A stretch of 64,000 nt of DNA from Desulfatiglandales bacterium (lineage in GTDB: Bacteria > Desulfobacterota > DSM-4660 > Desulfatiglandales > HGW-15), in the NCBI GenBank assembly GCA_963667015.2, contig CAXXJJ010000004.1:3168001-3232000 (forward strand), read 5' to 3'. A program made the translations under genes and the position numbers. The notes under the pieces were generated by a model. It ran no database searches. It saw nothing but the letters and a program-made list of their open reading frames with translations, and had not been told where the DNA came from. Shown here piece after piece: positions 1 through 11,489 of this stretch (position 1 is the stretch's first letter; each line of letters opens with the position of its first letter).

Positions 1-1166
1 AGGGCTGTAACACAAAGCACCCTTCCCCCGGACGTCACAACATTCCCGTCCTTCATGGCACTGCCTGCATGAAACACCTTGAGATCATCCGCCTCGCCTT
101 CGGGAAGCCCGGTAATAACATCTCCTTTATTATATTTTTCAGGATATCCACCGGCAGCCATTACAACGCCAAGTGATGCCCTCTCATCCCATTCAGCATC
201 TACCTGGTCGAGACGCCCGTCAATTGCAGCCAGGCACAGCTCTACAAGATCAGACTTAAGCCTCAAAAGAACAGGCTGCGTTTCAGGATCCCCAAACCGG
301 CAGTTATATTCCAGAACGCTCGGGGTCCCGTCTTCAAGCACCATGAGTCCTGCATATAAAAACCCTGTGTATGGACAGCCTTCGTCAGCCATTCCCTTAA
401 CCGTAGGCTCAATAACTTCCTTCATTGCTCTTTCATAGATTTCATCGGTCAATACAGGTGCAGGACTATATGCACCCATTCCCCCGGTATTAGGCCCTGT
501 GTCACCGTCGTACACGGCCTTGTGGTCCTGAGATGTTGCAAGAGGTAATATATTCTTCCCATCCACTATAACAATAAAGCTTGCCTCTTCACCCTTAAGG
601 CATTCCTCAACAATTACCCGTTTACCGGCTTCACCAAAGGAACTGCCGGACAGCATGTCCACTGTGGCATCAATGGCCCCATCATGGGTATGGGCAATAA
701 TTACACCCTTCCCTGCGGCAAGGCCGTCAGCTTTTATAACTACAGGGAGTTTATGAGACATGATATATTCCCTGGCAGGTTCAAGCTCGGTAAACACCTT
801 ATATTCTGCGGTCGGTATATTATGTCTCCTGAGAAAATCCTTGGTAAAAACCTTTGACCCCTCAAGTCTCGCACCATCCTTAACAGGCCCAAAACATTTA
901 AGACCTGAATCTTTAAATGCATCAACAATACCATCTACAAGCGGGGCTTCCGGGCCTATAATTGTCAGTTCTATGCCCTCTTTCTTGGCAAATTCAACAA
1001 GGGCATCAATATTTTCAGCCTTGATATCAATATTTTCAATAGCAGGTTCAAGAAAGGTTCCTGCATTTCCTGGTGCCACATAAACCTTCTCAACACTGGC
1101 AGATTTTGCAGCCTTCCATGCAAGGGCATGTTCCCGACCGCCGCTCCCTACGATCAATATTTTCAT
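1..1166 (-). CDS. purD: Phosphoribosylamine--glycine ligase (3' end outside window)
   Basis: Not in ORF track; ATG at 1166 reads MKILIVGSGGREHALAWKAA, then GPEAPL, KADGLAAGKGV, GPNTGGMGAYSP, LEYNCRFGDPETQP. Confidence 0.97.
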   Translation of the reverse strand, partial: MKILIVGSGGREHALAWKAAKSASVEKVYVAPGNAGTFLEPAIENIDIKAENIDALVEFAKKEGIELTIIGPEAPLVDGIVDAFKDSGLKCFGPVKDGARLEGSKVFTKDFLRRHNIPTAEYKVFTELEPAREYIMSHKLPVVIKADGLAAGKGVIIAHTHDGAIDATVDMLSGSSFGEAGKRVIVEECLKGEEASFIVIVDGKNILPLATSQDHKAVYDGDTGPNTGGMGAYSPAPVLTDEIYERAMKEVIEPTVKGMADEGCPYTGFLYAGLMVLEDGTPSVLEYNCRFGDPETQPVLLRLKSDLVELCLAAIDGRLDQVDAEWDERASLGVVMAAGGYPEKYNKGDVITGLPEGEADDLKVFHAGSAMKDGNVVTSGGRVLCVTA

Positions 1167-1371
1167 AGTTTCACCTCTGATATGAATATTGCGGTGGAGT
1201 ATAGGAGACTGGTTATCCCATGTCAACAAGAAGGGGCATTGGGAATTTTTTATTGTAAATATAAGGATTTTAGGCTTTAATACAGCGATATTATTTTAAT
1301 TTTCTACAGGGGAAAGATTCATAACATACTTTCACTTTTACAGCAGTTCAGGCTGTTTAACGGGGGATAAA

Positions 1372-2106
1372 ATGAAGTTTGCGTATACCATGCTGTCTAT
1401 TCTGGTAGCGCTGTTTCTTATATCAGGATGCTCAGAAGAAAAACCCGAGACTCATGAAAGCAAAAATATTGTAAGAAAGATTATTAAAAAACCGGTCAAG
1501 AAAACGGATGAGTGGGAAGAAACAAAAAAAGAAATAGCGGATATTGTTAATAAAGATATTGACCGAAGGATTGAACAGGAGACAGTTAAAGAAGAACCCC
1601 TTCCTGCTGAGCAGGGTATATATATTACAAAACAGGGCGACACACTCTCGGATATTGCAGCAAAGGCAGATATATATAACAATCCTTTGAAATGGCCTTT
1701 CCTTTACAGGGATAACCCGGTGGCTTTTTCCCAAATGAAGGATAAAGAGAATTTCTTTAAGGCAGGCCTTCCTGCCGGTATAGAATTAAAAATAATCCCA
1801 GAAGAGGACGTACAGAAAAATCTTGAAGACAGGGCTGGCTATTATTATGTAGCCAATATCATCTCTTCTCCATATATGAAGGAAATCTCTCTCCAGGTTG
1901 TAAAACTTATAGATGCTGGATATCCTGTTTATATTACCAGCACAATGATAGACGGCAGGGAATGGTATCGAATAAGGGCAGGATTCTACAGGACCCGTTC
2001 AGAGGCAAGCAGAGAGGGGGATAGAATCAAAGCCGATCTAAAGATTCCTGATATCTGGACAGTAAAAATCGGAAATGAGGAATTCCATGATTTCGGAGGA
2101 TATTAA
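1372..2106 (+). CDS. Lipoprotein with LysM and C-terminal SPOR-like peptidoglycan-binding domains
   Basis: Lipobox LISGC; YITKQGDTLSDIAA (LysM-like); WYRIRAGFYRTRSEA (SPOR-like). Confidence 0.75.
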   Translation: MKFAYTMLSILVALFLISGCSEEKPETHESKNIVRKIIKKPVKKTDEWEETKKEIADIVNKDIDRRIEQETVKEEPLPAEQGIYITKQGDTLSDIAAKADIYNNPLKWPFLYRDNPVAFSQMKDKENFFKAGLPAGIELKIIPEEDVQKNLEDRAGYYYVANIISSPYMKEISLQVVKLIDAGYPVYITSTMIDGREWYRIRAGFYRTRSEASREGDRIKADLKIPDIWTVKIGNEEFHDFGGY

Positions 2107-2118
2107 AGAAATAGAACC

Positions 2119-3315
2119 ATGGAAAAAAGCAAAATTATAATAGGTGTTACAGGCGGTATCGCAGCCTACAAGATCCCCGAACTTGTGAGGATACTCATGA
2201 AGGCGGGACATGATATCAGAGTGGCGATGACTGAAAATGCAACCAGGTTCATCGCTCCCCTTACATTTGAGGCGCTCTCAAAAAATAGGGTTATTACAGG
2301 CATGTTCGATAAAAATGCAGATCCGCTTGCCCATATCTCCTGGGGTCAGGAATCCGATCTTATTATCATTGCGCCGGCAACCGCCAACTTTATTGCAAAG
2401 GCAGCACATGGCATAGCCGATGATTTCTTAAGCACCATGGTTCTTGCTGCTACTGCGCCTGTACTTATATGCCCTGCAATGAACAGTGAAATGTATGTAA
2501 ACAGCATCACACAGGAAAACATAAAAAAGCTGGCAGATCAGGGGTGTATTATCATGACTCCCGGAGAAGGGGAACTGGCATGCAATACCACCGGACCCGG
2601 AAGACTCCCGGAACCTGCGGAGATCGCAGAACAGGCGTTTCTTATGATCTCAAGGCAGGATCTTTCTGGTTTAAAAATAATGGTTACAGCCGGTCCGACC
2701 GTGGAAGCAATTGATCCGGTAAGATACATAACCAACAGGTCATCCGGGAAGATGGGTTATGCCATTGCCAGGGCCGCGGTCATGAGAGGAGCAAACGTGA
2801 CACTGATAAGCGGGCCCACAGCCCTTACCCCGCCGGCAGGATCAATCACCATAAAGGTTAAGACAGCCGAAGAAATGAAAAATGCGGTCTTTGAAAATCA
2901 TGAAAAGATGGATGTGATTATCAAGGCCGCTGCTGTTGCCGACTATCGCCCTTCTCAAAGCGCTGATCAGAAAATCAAAAAAACCAGAGACGACATGCAC
3001 ATAGACCTGGTTAAAAATCCGGATATCCTGTCCGAACTCGGAAAGGCAGCCTCCAAACCCGGACGGGTACTGGTTGGATTTGCCGCTGAAACCGAAAATG
3101 TGTTCGATAATGCAAAAGAAAAGATTACCAGGAAAAACCTCGATATGATCGTTGTAAACGATGTCTCAAAAAAGGATGCGGGTTTTGATGTTGATACAAA
3201 CAGAGTAACCTTTATCTCCAGAGACGGTTCAAACGAGGAATTACCTCTTTTAACAAAAGAGGAGGTGGCAGATCGTCTTCTTGATAAAATCAAATCAATC
3301 AGGGAAAGTGTTTAA
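2119..3315 (+). CDS. coaBC: Phosphopantothenoylcysteine decarboxylase/synthase
   Basis: GVTGGIAAYK, PAMN, TAGPT.E.IDPVRYITNRSSGKMG, VGFAAET. Confidence 0.97.
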   Translation: MEKSKIIIGVTGGIAAYKIPELVRILMKAGHDIRVAMTENATRFIAPLTFEALSKNRVITGMFDKNADPLAHISWGQESDLIIIAPATANFIAKAAHGIADDFLSTMVLAATAPVLICPAMNSEMYVNSITQENIKKLADQGCIIMTPGEGELACNTTGPGRLPEPAEIAEQAFLMISRQDLSGLKIMVTAGPTVEAIDPVRYITNRSSGKMGYAIARAAVMRGANVTLISGPTALTPPAGSITIKVKTAEEMKNAVFENHEKMDVIIKAAAVADYRPSQSADQKIKKTRDDMHIDLVKNPDILSELGKAASKPGRVLVGFAAETENVFDNAKEKITRKNLDMIVVNDVSKKDAGFDVDTNRVTFISRDGSNEELPLLTKEEVADRLLDKIKSIRESV

Positions 3316-4049
3316 TGAGCTACGTTTCCGAGTTTAGACAGATCATCAGCCAGACAAAAAAAATCCTTGATGCTGAGAAGGATTCAGGAATTGAACTGCC
3401 GCCTATTAAAGAACCTGAGGCTGAAGTTGAATACACAAAGGCCGCGATTGACTCTTCCCCGGCACCTGCAAAACTGTCGGATTTAAGGGCAGAACTTGGA
3501 GACTGCACACGCTGCAAACTTTGTAACGGAAGAAAGAACATAGTTTTCGGTGAAGGGGCTGAAAATGCCAGGCTTATGTTTATAGGAGAAGGTCCGGGAG
3601 AGGATGAGGACATTGCAGGCCGCCCATTTGTAGGCAAGGCGGGCGAACTCCTGACAAGCATAATAGAAAACGGCATAAAAATAAAAAGGGAAGAAGTATA
3701 TATCTGTAATATAGTAAAGTGCCGCCCTCCGGCAAACAGGGACCCTGAAAAAGAGGAAATTAATACATGCATTCCCTTCCTGAAAAAGCAGATCGAGATA
3801 ATCAAACCCAGGGTTATATGCACACTCGGGAGGATAGCGGCAAGAGAGCTGTTGAAACGGGATTTCAAGATTACCATGGAAAGAGGACGATGGCAGACAT
3901 ACCTCAATATACCGCTTATGCCCACCTACCATCCTGCCTATATCCTCAGAAATCAGGGTAATGAAAGAAAATTGAAAGGAGAAGTCTGGCAGGATATCCA
4001 AAAAATAATGTCTTTGCTTGGAATTGAGGTCAAAAAAAATGACGGATAA
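3315..4049 (+). CDS. udg: Uracil-DNA glycosylase, family 4 (Fe-S type)
   Basis: CTRCKLC, GEGPG, PFVG, NIVKCRPP, YHPAY. Confidence 0.93.
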   Translation: MSYVSEFRQIISQTKKILDAEKDSGIELPPIKEPEAEVEYTKAAIDSSPAPAKLSDLRAELGDCTRCKLCNGRKNIVFGEGAENARLMFIGEGPGEDEDIAGRPFVGKAGELLTSIIENGIKIKREEVYICNIVKCRPPANRDPEKEEINTCIPFLKKQIEIIKPRVICTLGRIAARELLKRDFKITMERGRWQTYLNIPLMPTYHPAYILRNQGNERKLKGEVWQDIQKIMSLLGIEVKKNDG

Positions 4050-5328
4050 AAAACTTACTAAGTTTTCTTTAATTGTCATTCCATTTCTTCTGTTTACTTT
4101 CCTGATTACTCCCTCCGCCTGGTCCAATGAGAGAAACGCCCTTGTAATTGAACTTGACGGACCTGTAAGCTCGGGGTCCGCGGCCTTTCTGGCCAGGGGC
4201 ATGAAAAGAGCGGAAGAGAATGGTTCTGCGATGGTGATTGTCCGAATGGATACACCCGGAGGTCTTGGCATTTCAATGAAGACAATGGCTAAAACCATAC
4301 TGAACTCACCTGTTCCGGTTATCGTCTATATAGCTCCCAGAGGTGCAAGCGCTTCCTCGGCAGGTGTAATAATAACCATATCCGCCCATATTGCTGCAAT
4401 GGCGCCGGGAACAAATATCGGTGCCGCTCACCCGGTGCAATCCGACGGCTCCGACATAAACAAGACCATGGAAACCAAGGTTGTAAATGATATGGTATCC
4501 TATGCCAGGAGCATAGCGGACATGAAAGGCAGGAATACCCAATGGGTGGAACAGGCCATAAGGGAGAGTGTATCCATAACCGCTGAGGAAGCCGTAGAAA
4601 AAAAGGTAATAGACCTGATTGCCCCGGACATGGAAGAACTGCTTAAAGTCATTAACGGGAGAGAAGTTGAAACAAAAAGCGGGAAGATCATAATAAACTC
4701 CAAAGATATCGAACTGGACTACTTCTCTCCCAGAAAAATAGATGAATTTCTGATGCTGATCAGTGACCCGACTGTCATGGCAATACTTTTCAGTATAGGT
4801 CTCCTTGGTCTCGGATTTGAGATAACACATCCCGGAGGAATGTTTCCGGGGATTATCGGCGCCATATCTCTGATACTTGCCTTCTTTTCCATGCAGACAC
4901 TTCCGGTGAGTTATGCGGGACTCCTTTTAATAGGCCTTGCTGTCATCCTGTTCATAGCGGAGATCAAGATCACCAGCTACGGCTTCCTTTCCCTGGGAGG
5001 CATTATCTGCCTGATACTCGGGAGCATGATGTTCTTTGATGAACTTGGTCTGAATCTTCTTATGGCAGTCCCTTTTATAATTGTAGTTGGGGGCTTTTTT
5101 ATCGTTATTGCCATTCTTGCATACCGATCCCAGGCTTCACGTCCAATGGGAGGGACAGACAGCATGATTCAAGAGACTGGCATAGTAAAAAAGACCATAG
5201 AAAAAGAAGGTCTGGTTTTTGTTCATGGCGAATACTGGCGCGCCATAAGTGATGAAGTAATTGAGGTGGAGGAAAAGGTTAAGGTTATTGGAATGGAAGG
5301 CCTGATTTTAAAGGTAAAAAAAGTTTAA
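4039..5328 (+). CDS. nfeD: NfeD-family membrane-bound serine protease (long form)
   Basis: MDTPGG, ASAG-like, [15 protein letters not shown] block, C-terminal VHGEYW.A; ATG 4039 preferred. Confidence 0.9.
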   Translation: MTDKKLTKFSLIVIPFLLFTFLITPSAWSNERNALVIELDGPVSSGSAAFLARGMKRAEENGSAMVIVRMDTPGGLGISMKTMAKTILNSPVPVIVYIAPRGASASSAGVIITISAHIAAMAPGTNIGAAHPVQSDGSDINKTMETKVVNDMVSYARSIADMKGRNTQWVEQAIRESVSITAEEAVEKKVIDLIAPDMEELLKVINGREVETKSGKIIINSKDIELDYFSPRKIDEFLMLISDPTVMAILFSIGLLGLGFEITHPGGMFPGIIGAISLILAFFSMQTLPVSYAGLLLIGLAVILFIAEIKITSYGFLSLGGIICLILGSMMFFDELGLNLLMAVPFIIVVGGFFIVIAILAYRSQASRPMGGTDSMIQETGIVKKTIEKEGLVFVHGEYWRAISDEVIEVEEKVKVIGMEGLILKVKKV

Positions 5329-5345
5329 ACCCCGGAGGACAAAAA

Positions 5346-6092
5346 ATGATTAATCCTTTTATAATTCTGATTATTTTTCTTGTGCTTGCGTTTTTATGGT
5401 CTGCAATCAAAATCCTAAAGGAATATGAAAGAGGTGTTATATTCCGGCTGGGCAGGGTCATTAAAACAAAGGGCCCCGGTATAATTATCCTGATCCCGGT
5501 AATTGATAAAATGGTCAAGGTAAGTCTCAGGCTTGTCACCATGGATGTACCGTCCCAGGATGTCATCACCAAAGACAATGTATCGGTTAAGGTGAACGCG
5601 GTCGTCTATTTCAGGGTTATGGATCCTACAAACGCAATTATCGAGGTTGAAAATTTTCTCTTTGCAACCTCCCAGCTTGCACAAACCACCCTGAGAAGCG
5701 TATGCGGTCAGATCGAGCTGGATGATCTGCTCTCTGAACGGGAAAAGATCAATACTGAACTTCAGAGTATACTTGATAAGCATACAGATCCATGGGGGAT
5801 AAAGGTATCCAATGTTGAAGTAAAGCATATCGACCTGCCTCAGGAAATGCAGAGGGCAATGGCAAAACAGGCAGAGGCGGAAAGGGAAAGAAGGGCAAAG
5901 ATAATCAATGCCGAAGGAGAATACCAGGCTGCAGATCGCCTTGCCGAGGCCGCAGACATCATTTCAAAACACCCTGAGGCACTGCAGTTGAGATACCTCC
6001 AGACACTCAAGGAAATATCAGCGGAAAACAATTCAACTACCCTTTTTCCTATTCCCATAGATCTTTTTAAATTATTTGTAAAAAAAGATTAG
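5346..6092 (+). CDS. SPFH/band 7 (stomatin-like) protein
   Basis: [43 protein letters not shown]; canonical NfeD partner. Confidence 0.95.
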   Translation: MINPFIILIIFLVLAFLWSAIKILKEYERGVIFRLGRVIKTKGPGIIILIPVIDKMVKVSLRLVTMDVPSQDVITKDNVSVKVNAVVYFRVMDPTNAIIEVENFLFATSQLAQTTLRSVCGQIELDDLLSEREKINTELQSILDKHTDPWGIKVSNVEVKHIDLPQEMQRAMAKQAEAERERRAKIINAEGEYQAADRLAEAADIISKHPEALQLRYLQTLKEISAENNSTTLFPIPIDLFKLFVKKD

Positions 6093-6203
6093 GGTATTGA
6101 AATACTTGAAATTATAATGTAATATGGGTCGTTTAATTTTATGGCGATTTTGCTTAAAAGGGGTATAACCCTGAAAATAAATATAAAGGAGTATTAGTTT
6201 ACA

Positions 6204-6605
6204 ATGGAAGAAGAGACCAAAACAGAAGAAATCCAGGATGAGGAAGTAAAGGAAGAGGCGGCAGCAGAAGCAACAGATGCTGTCCCCGAAGCGCCTGAAG
6301 AAGAAAAACCCCTTGAGAAGATGACTGCTCCTGAACTCAAGGAAGTTGCAGGCAAGATCCCGGGTGTAACCGGTGTTACAGCCATGAAAAAGGAAGAACT
6401 TATTGCCCTTATCAAGGAATACAGGGGAATTGTGGATGATGAACCCAAAAAGGCTGAAGCAACTAAAATAGGTGGATTAAAGAAAAAAATAGTTGATCTT
6501 AAGGCTGCAAAGGCTGAAGCACAGGAAGCAAAAAATAAAAAAGAGGTTGATGTCCTGAGGCGCAGAATCAACAGACTTAAAAAGATGACAAGAAAAGCAG
6601 GTTAA
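6204..6605 (+). CDS. Small protein with Rho N-terminal-like helical domain
   Basis: LEKMTAPELKEVA...MKKEELIALI, acidic N-terminus, basic C-terminus; AAGGAG RBS. Confidence 0.7.
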   Translation: MEEETKTEEIQDEEVKEEAAAEATDAVPEAPEEEKPLEKMTAPELKEVAGKIPGVTGVTAMKKEELIALIKEYRGIVDDEPKKAEATKIGGLKKKIVDLKAAKAEAQEAKNKKEVDVLRRRINRLKKMTRKAG

Positions 6606-6687
6606 TTTATATATTTTATCGGCTGAAGATGCCATATAAACCAATGGGTAACATTTTGATCTTTTCAGCCGTGAAAACTGTTTTCAG

Positions 6688-6732
6688 AAAAAGCAGGTCT
6701 TCAGGAGGAATAATCCCTGTACCTGCTTTTTT
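6688..6732 (+). terminator. Probable intrinsic terminator
   Basis: AAAAAGCAGGT...ACCTGCTTTTT inverted repeat with T-tract; second hairpin at about 6620-6671. Confidence 0.6.
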
Positions 6733-6762
6733 GTTTTCATTAATATTCACCAGTGAACGGGT

Positions 6763-7455
6763 ATGAGAACCATTGCTATAATTCCAGCAGCCGGTTTCGG
6801 TGCCAGGATGAAGGCCGAAATTCCCAAACAGTTTCTAAAACTTGATGGAAAGCCTATTCTTGCTGTGACCCTGGAAAAATTCAACCGCTGCCCTCTTGTT
6901 GATGGAATAATCCTTGTTGTGCCTGCTGAAGAGGTGGATTTCTGTAATAGAGAGATTGTGGAAAAATACAATCTCAGCAAGGTATTAAAGGTAACTGCCG
7001 GAGGGAAAAGGCGGCAGGATTCAGTAAGGGCAGGAATTGAAGCCATTGAATCCGGATGCGACTGTGTTCTTATTCATGACGGCGTCAGACCCTTTGTAAG
7101 CCTTGAAACTATCGAATCCGCAATTGAGGCGATGAAAGATGAAAGGGCAGTAATTATAGCAGTCCCAGCAAAGGACACTGTAAAAAGGGTAAATGAAGAA
7201 GGTTATGTAGCAAAAACCTACGAAAGAAGGCTCCTCTGGCTCATTCAGACACCCCAGGTATTCAGGTATGATGACATTTTGAATGCACACATAAAGGCAG
7301 AACAGGAAGGATGGGATGAGGTGACCGATGATGCAATGCTCATGGAAAAGCTCGGCATCCCTGTGAAGGTTGTGCAGGGGGCAGAGGAAAACATTAAAGT
7401 AACGACTCCTCATGATCTTGAGTATGCTGGGTTTTTATTGGATAATGGTAAATAG
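6763..7455 (+). CDS. ispD: 2-C-methyl-D-erythritol 4-phosphate cytidylyltransferase
   Basis: IIPAAGFGARM, PKQF, GG..RQDSV, IHDGVRP, QTPQ, NIKVTTP.DL. Confidence 0.96.
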   Translation: MRTIAIIPAAGFGARMKAEIPKQFLKLDGKPILAVTLEKFNRCPLVDGIILVVPAEEVDFCNREIVEKYNLSKVLKVTAGGKRRQDSVRAGIEAIESGCDCVLIHDGVRPFVSLETIESAIEAMKDERAVIIAVPAKDTVKRVNEEGYVAKTYERRLLWLIQTPQVFRYDDILNAHIKAEQEGWDEVTDDAMLMEKLGIPVKVVQGAEENIKVTTPHDLEYAGFLLDNGK

Positions 7456-7497
7456 GTGTGCAGTGAAATGTGAATACAGGGTTCAGACAAAGAAAAC

Positions 7498-8442
7498 ATG
7501 AAGAAAAATATAATAAAGATAGGCACAAGAGGAAGCAAGCTGGCACTTGCCCAGAGCAGCATGATCGGGGAGACAATTAAAAGTGAGCACCCGGACATTG
7601 ATGTTGAGCTCATAATTATAAAAACAAAGGGTGATAAAATAATTGACTCTCCTCTGAGTAAAATCGGTGGAAAGGGTCTTTTTGTAAAGGAAATAGAAGA
7701 GGCACTCCTTGAAAAACGGGTAGATATTGCCGTTCACAGCATCAAGGATGTGCCTGCGGAACTGCCCGATGGGTTGAGCATTCCTTTTTTTCCTGAAAGG
7801 GAAGATCCGAGTGATGCCTTTCTCTCTGTCACATATAAAAAGTTTGAAGACCTTCCTGAAGGATCAAGAGTAGGGACCGGAAGTTTAAGAAGATCATCCC
7901 AGCTTTTAAATAAACGACCGGACATAGAGATTGTTCCCATAAGGGGCAATGTCGATACACGCATAAATAAACTTGAGTCAGGAGAACTGGACGCCATACT
8001 GCTTGCGGCCTCAGGCCTTAACAGGCTCGGCCTCTCTTCCAGGATAAATCAGCTTCTTCATCCCCTTGATTTCATTCCTGCAGTAGGTCAGGGAGCCCTG
8101 GGTCTTGAGGTCAGAACAGATGATATTGAATGTAATAAACTCCTTGAGTTTTTAAACCATACTGCAACAGCCCTGGCAGTAAGGGCCGAAAGGGCATTTC
8201 TAAACAAACTCGAAGGCGGATGTCAGGTGCCCATAGGCGCATATGCCTCTATCGAAAATAATACAATAATCGTCCATGGCATGGTTTCGGAACTTGACGG
8301 AAGCAGAATTATAAGGGACAGCCTCACCGGCACATGTAAAAACCCTGAACAGGCGGGAGAAACCCTGGCGACCAGGCTTCTGGACATGGGTGCGGATAAA
8401 ATACTTGCTGGGGTTTATGGAAACCAGCAGCAACAGGATTAG
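7498..8442 (+). CDS. hemC: Hydroxymethylbilane synthase
   Basis: IGTRGSKLALAQ, GKGLFVKE, AVHSIKD, IRGNVDTR, LEGGCQVP. Confidence 0.98.
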   Translation: MKKNIIKIGTRGSKLALAQSSMIGETIKSEHPDIDVELIIIKTKGDKIIDSPLSKIGGKGLFVKEIEEALLEKRVDIAVHSIKDVPAELPDGLSIPFFPEREDPSDAFLSVTYKKFEDLPEGSRVGTGSLRRSSQLLNKRPDIEIVPIRGNVDTRINKLESGELDAILLAASGLNRLGLSSRINQLLHPLDFIPAVGQGALGLEVRTDDIECNKLLEFLNHTATALAVRAERAFLNKLEGGCQVPIGAYASIENNTIIVHGMVSELDGSRIIRDSLTGTCKNPEQAGETLATRLLDMGADKILAGVYGNQQQQD

Positions 8443-8445
8443 GAT

Positions 8446-9981
8446 ATGAATGAAAACAAAAAAAAGGGAACGGTCTTTCTTGTAGGTGCAGGGCCTGGTG
8501 ATCCGGGACTGCTTACCATCAAGGCAAAAGAATGTATAGAAAAGGCCGATGTTCTTGTTTACGATTACCTGGCCAATGAGCTTTTTTTGGATTATGCCAG
8601 ACCGGACGCAGAACTTATATATGTAGGTAAAAAGGCAGGATCTCACACAAAGACACAGGATGAGATAAACAGCATCATATGTGAAAAGGCCCTTGCAGGG
8701 CTGATGGTAACAAGGCTCAAGGGCGGCGACCCCTTTATCTTTGGAAGGGGAGGCGAGGAAGCCCAGGAACTGCTTAAGGCCGGGGTCTCCTTTGAGATAG
8801 TCCCTGGTATTACATCCGCTATTTCAGTACCCGCATATGCCGGGATTCCCCTGACACACCGGGATCATACTGCCACGGTTGCATTTGTTACAGGCCACGA
8901 AGATCCGTCAAAAGATCAGTCAAATATATCCTGGGAAAAGCTGGCTACAGGGGTCGGAACTATAGTATTCCTTATGGGTATTGGAAACCTTCAAAATATC
9001 TGCCGGGAGCTTGTTAAAAACGGACGTTCCCCGGAAACTCCTGTTGCAATAATACACAGGGGAACCCACCCCGAACAAAAAACAGTCACCGGCAACCTGA
9101 AGAATATTTATGAAACCGCTCAAAAGGAAAAGATCAAACCGCCGGGAATAATCATTGTTGGTGATGTTGTAGGGCTAAGAAAGGAACTAAACTGGTTTGA
9201 GACAAAACCCCTTTTCGGCAAAAATATAATTGTTACAAGGGCCAGGGAACAGGCCAGCGGTTTTATGGCAGGGTTAAGAGAACTCGGTGCAAACTGCATT
9301 GAATTCCCCACAATTGAGATTGTCCCTCCGGATGACTGGGCACCTCTGGATAAATCAATAGAAAGAATCGGTGAATATAACTGGCTCCTTTTTACCAGTG
9401 TCAACGGGGTTAAATACTTTTTTAACAGGCTTTATGGAAAGGGAAAGGATGTCCGGGCGTTAAAGGATATCAGAGTAGGTGCTATCGGACCAAAAACAGC
9501 AGAATCCGTAAGAGAGTATGGCATTATACCAGACCTTGTCCCTTCGGAATACAGGGCAGAGGCAGTGGTAGATGAATTTAAAAAATTTAATATAAGCGAT
9601 CTTAAAATACTCCTGCCTCGGGCATCAAAGGCAAGGGAAATCCTTCCCGAGGAACTGAAAAAAATGGGCGCCAAAATAGATATTGTGGATGCCTACAGGA
9701 CCATAATGCCTGAAAAGAAAGTTGACACCGTTAGCAGAATGCTTGAAGCAGGTGACATAGACATGATTACCTTTACAAGCTCTTCAACTGTATCCAATTT
9801 TATGGGAATGTTTGGAGATAAAGCAGATAGGATCAAAGCCTGGCTAAAGAATGTGGATATTGCATCAATTGGTCCTATAACATCGGAAACAGCAAAAAAG
9901 CTGGGTCTCAATATAACTATTGAGCCGGCAGATTACACGATTGAGGCACTGACCGACGTCATTGTTTATCATTATTCCTGA
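8446..9981 (+). CDS. cobA/hemD: Uroporphyrinogen-III C-methyltransferase / synthase fusion
   Basis: [29 protein letters not shown]-half [21 protein letters not shown]. Confidence 0.96.
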   Translation: MNENKKKGTVFLVGAGPGDPGLLTIKAKECIEKADVLVYDYLANELFLDYARPDAELIYVGKKAGSHTKTQDEINSIICEKALAGLMVTRLKGGDPFIFGRGGEEAQELLKAGVSFEIVPGITSAISVPAYAGIPLTHRDHTATVAFVTGHEDPSKDQSNISWEKLATGVGTIVFLMGIGNLQNICRELVKNGRSPETPVAIIHRGTHPEQKTVTGNLKNIYETAQKEKIKPPGIIIVGDVVGLRKELNWFETKPLFGKNIIVTRAREQASGFMAGLRELGANCIEFPTIEIVPPDDWAPLDKSIERIGEYNWLLFTSVNGVKYFFNRLYGKGKDVRALKDIRVGAIGPKTAESVREYGIIPDLVPSEYRAEAVVDEFKKFNISDLKILLPRASKAREILPEELKKMGAKIDIVDAYRTIMPEKKVDTVSRMLEAGDIDMITFTSSSTVSNFMGMFGDKADRIKAWLKNVDIASIGPITSETAKKLGLNITIEPADYTIEALTDVIVYHYS

Positions 9982-10034
9982 TGAATATTATCTTCTTAAT
10001 AAAAAGCATCCGGAGACTTAGGGATAAAATATAA

Positions 10035-10865
10035 TTAACAAGACATCATGTATTTGAGAGGCAGCGGTTCTACGACCGCGTCCTCGTTCCAGAGCTGCTT
10101 TATTATCCTGCCGGTATTAATTATGTTTCCGCTGGTCCAGAATTTTTCATTTCCATTTTTGTTTAAATTCAAAAGGATATCAGCTTCTTTAAGGCGACGG
10201 CCGACTTCCTTTGCCACTGCCAACCCTGTATCAATAACCTTTATATCCTTACCAGCTATCTCCCGGATCAAATCGGCAAGAAACAGGTAATGAGTGCATC
10301 CAAGGACAATTATATCTGCACCCTTTGTAAGAAGAGCGCCTACATATCTTTCCAAAAGCTCAATGGTCTTTCTGTCGGACAGGTCATACTGCTCCACCTG
10401 TTCCACCAGGCCCGGACATGCCTGGGTTACTATATTACAGTCATTACAGAACCTGTCAGTCAACAATCTGAACTTTTCACTCTTCAGTGTCTCTGTGGTT
10501 GCCATAATCCCAACTGTTTTGCTCTGTGAGGCGGCGATAGCCGGCTTTACACCGGGTTCCATTCCTATGATCGGCAGGTCAAAGAGCGTCCTCATTTTTG
10601 CTATGGCAGCGGCGGTTGCAGTATTGCACGCAACAACAATAGCCTTTGCCTTTTGCTCAACAAGAAATTCGGTTACTGCAAAAGATCGTTTTTCTATATA
10701 TTCGCTTGATTTATCTCCGTAGGGGGCATAGCCCGAATCAGCAACATATATCAAATCTTCTTCAGGGAGCTCCTCCCGTATGCATCGAAGTAACGAAAGT
10801 CCCCCAACTCCTGAATCAAATACCCCTATCGGATGTGTCATATTTTTACTATTAGTACCCTGCAC
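10035..10865 (-). CDS. murI: Glutamate racemase
   Basis: FDSGVGG, PYG, VACNTA, LGCTHY; start GTG 10865 or ATG 10841. Confidence 0.97.
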   Translation of the reverse strand: MQGTNSKNMTHPIGVFDSGVGGLSLLRCIREELPEEDLIYVADSGYAPYGDKSSEYIEKRSFAVTEFLVEQKAKAIVVACNTATAAAIAKMRTLFDLPIIGMEPGVKPAIAASQSKTVGIMATTETLKSEKFRLLTDRFCNDCNIVTQACPGLVEQVEQYDLSDRKTIELLERYVGALLTKGADIIVLGCTHYLFLADLIREIAGKDIKVIDTGLAVAKEVGRRLKEADILLNLNKNGNEKFWTSGNIINTGRIIKQLWNEDAVVEPLPLKYMMSC

Positions 10866-10885
10866 TTAATTACCTGATAAGGCTT

Positions 10886-11329
10886 TCATTTAAAAAATAT
10901 CAAACGGGCTGCTCCGCCTGCAAGCTTAATATCTGATATATCTTTTACAGATCCGACCTTTCTTTCACTCACATTAAAGATCTCCCCCTTCTCGTTAACG
11001 GAACCAAGCCTGGTTCCGGACTGATTCAGGACACTCCCGTCAGGCTCGACCTTTCCAATCTTCAGATCACTGACATTATAAATGATTCCATCCTTATCAA
11101 CCGATCCGAGTTGTCGTCCGTAAATGTTATAAATAATACCTTTTTCATCTACTTTACCCTTTTCCCGATCATAGAGCGTAAAAACATTATTTTTTATCTC
11201 ACCTGTATCTTTTCCTTTTTTTTCAGCCGAGTAACCTATTGTAATCAGACACAATATTAATAAAAAAGAGGCTATGGCCAGAAATTTCAGTTTAAGAGGC
11301 CTTGTCTGAATGTCTATTTTTTTCACCAT
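10886..11329 (-). CDS. Exported protein of about five 17-aa beta repeats (beta-flower-like)
   Basis: Signal peptide; repeats G.V...G.I.N; GGAGG RBS before ATG 11329. Confidence 0.65.
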   Translation of the reverse strand: MVKKIDIQTRPLKLKFLAIASFLLILCLITIGYSAEKKGKDTGEIKNNVFTLYDREKGKVDEKGIIYNIYGRQLGSVDKDGIIYNVSDLKIGKVEPDGSVLNQSGTRLGSVNEKGEIFNVSERKVGSVKDISDIKLAGGAARLIFFK

Positions 11330-11489
11330 ATTTACCTCCATATTTAAATAATATTAATTTACACATACCACGATAATTTCATTATTAAAACTTATCAATA
11401 AAATAGTTCACATTGCCATTTTCCTGACATTATTATATAAATTCTTTTCAAAGATAAAACATTAATTTAATAAAGCGGGATTATTAATT

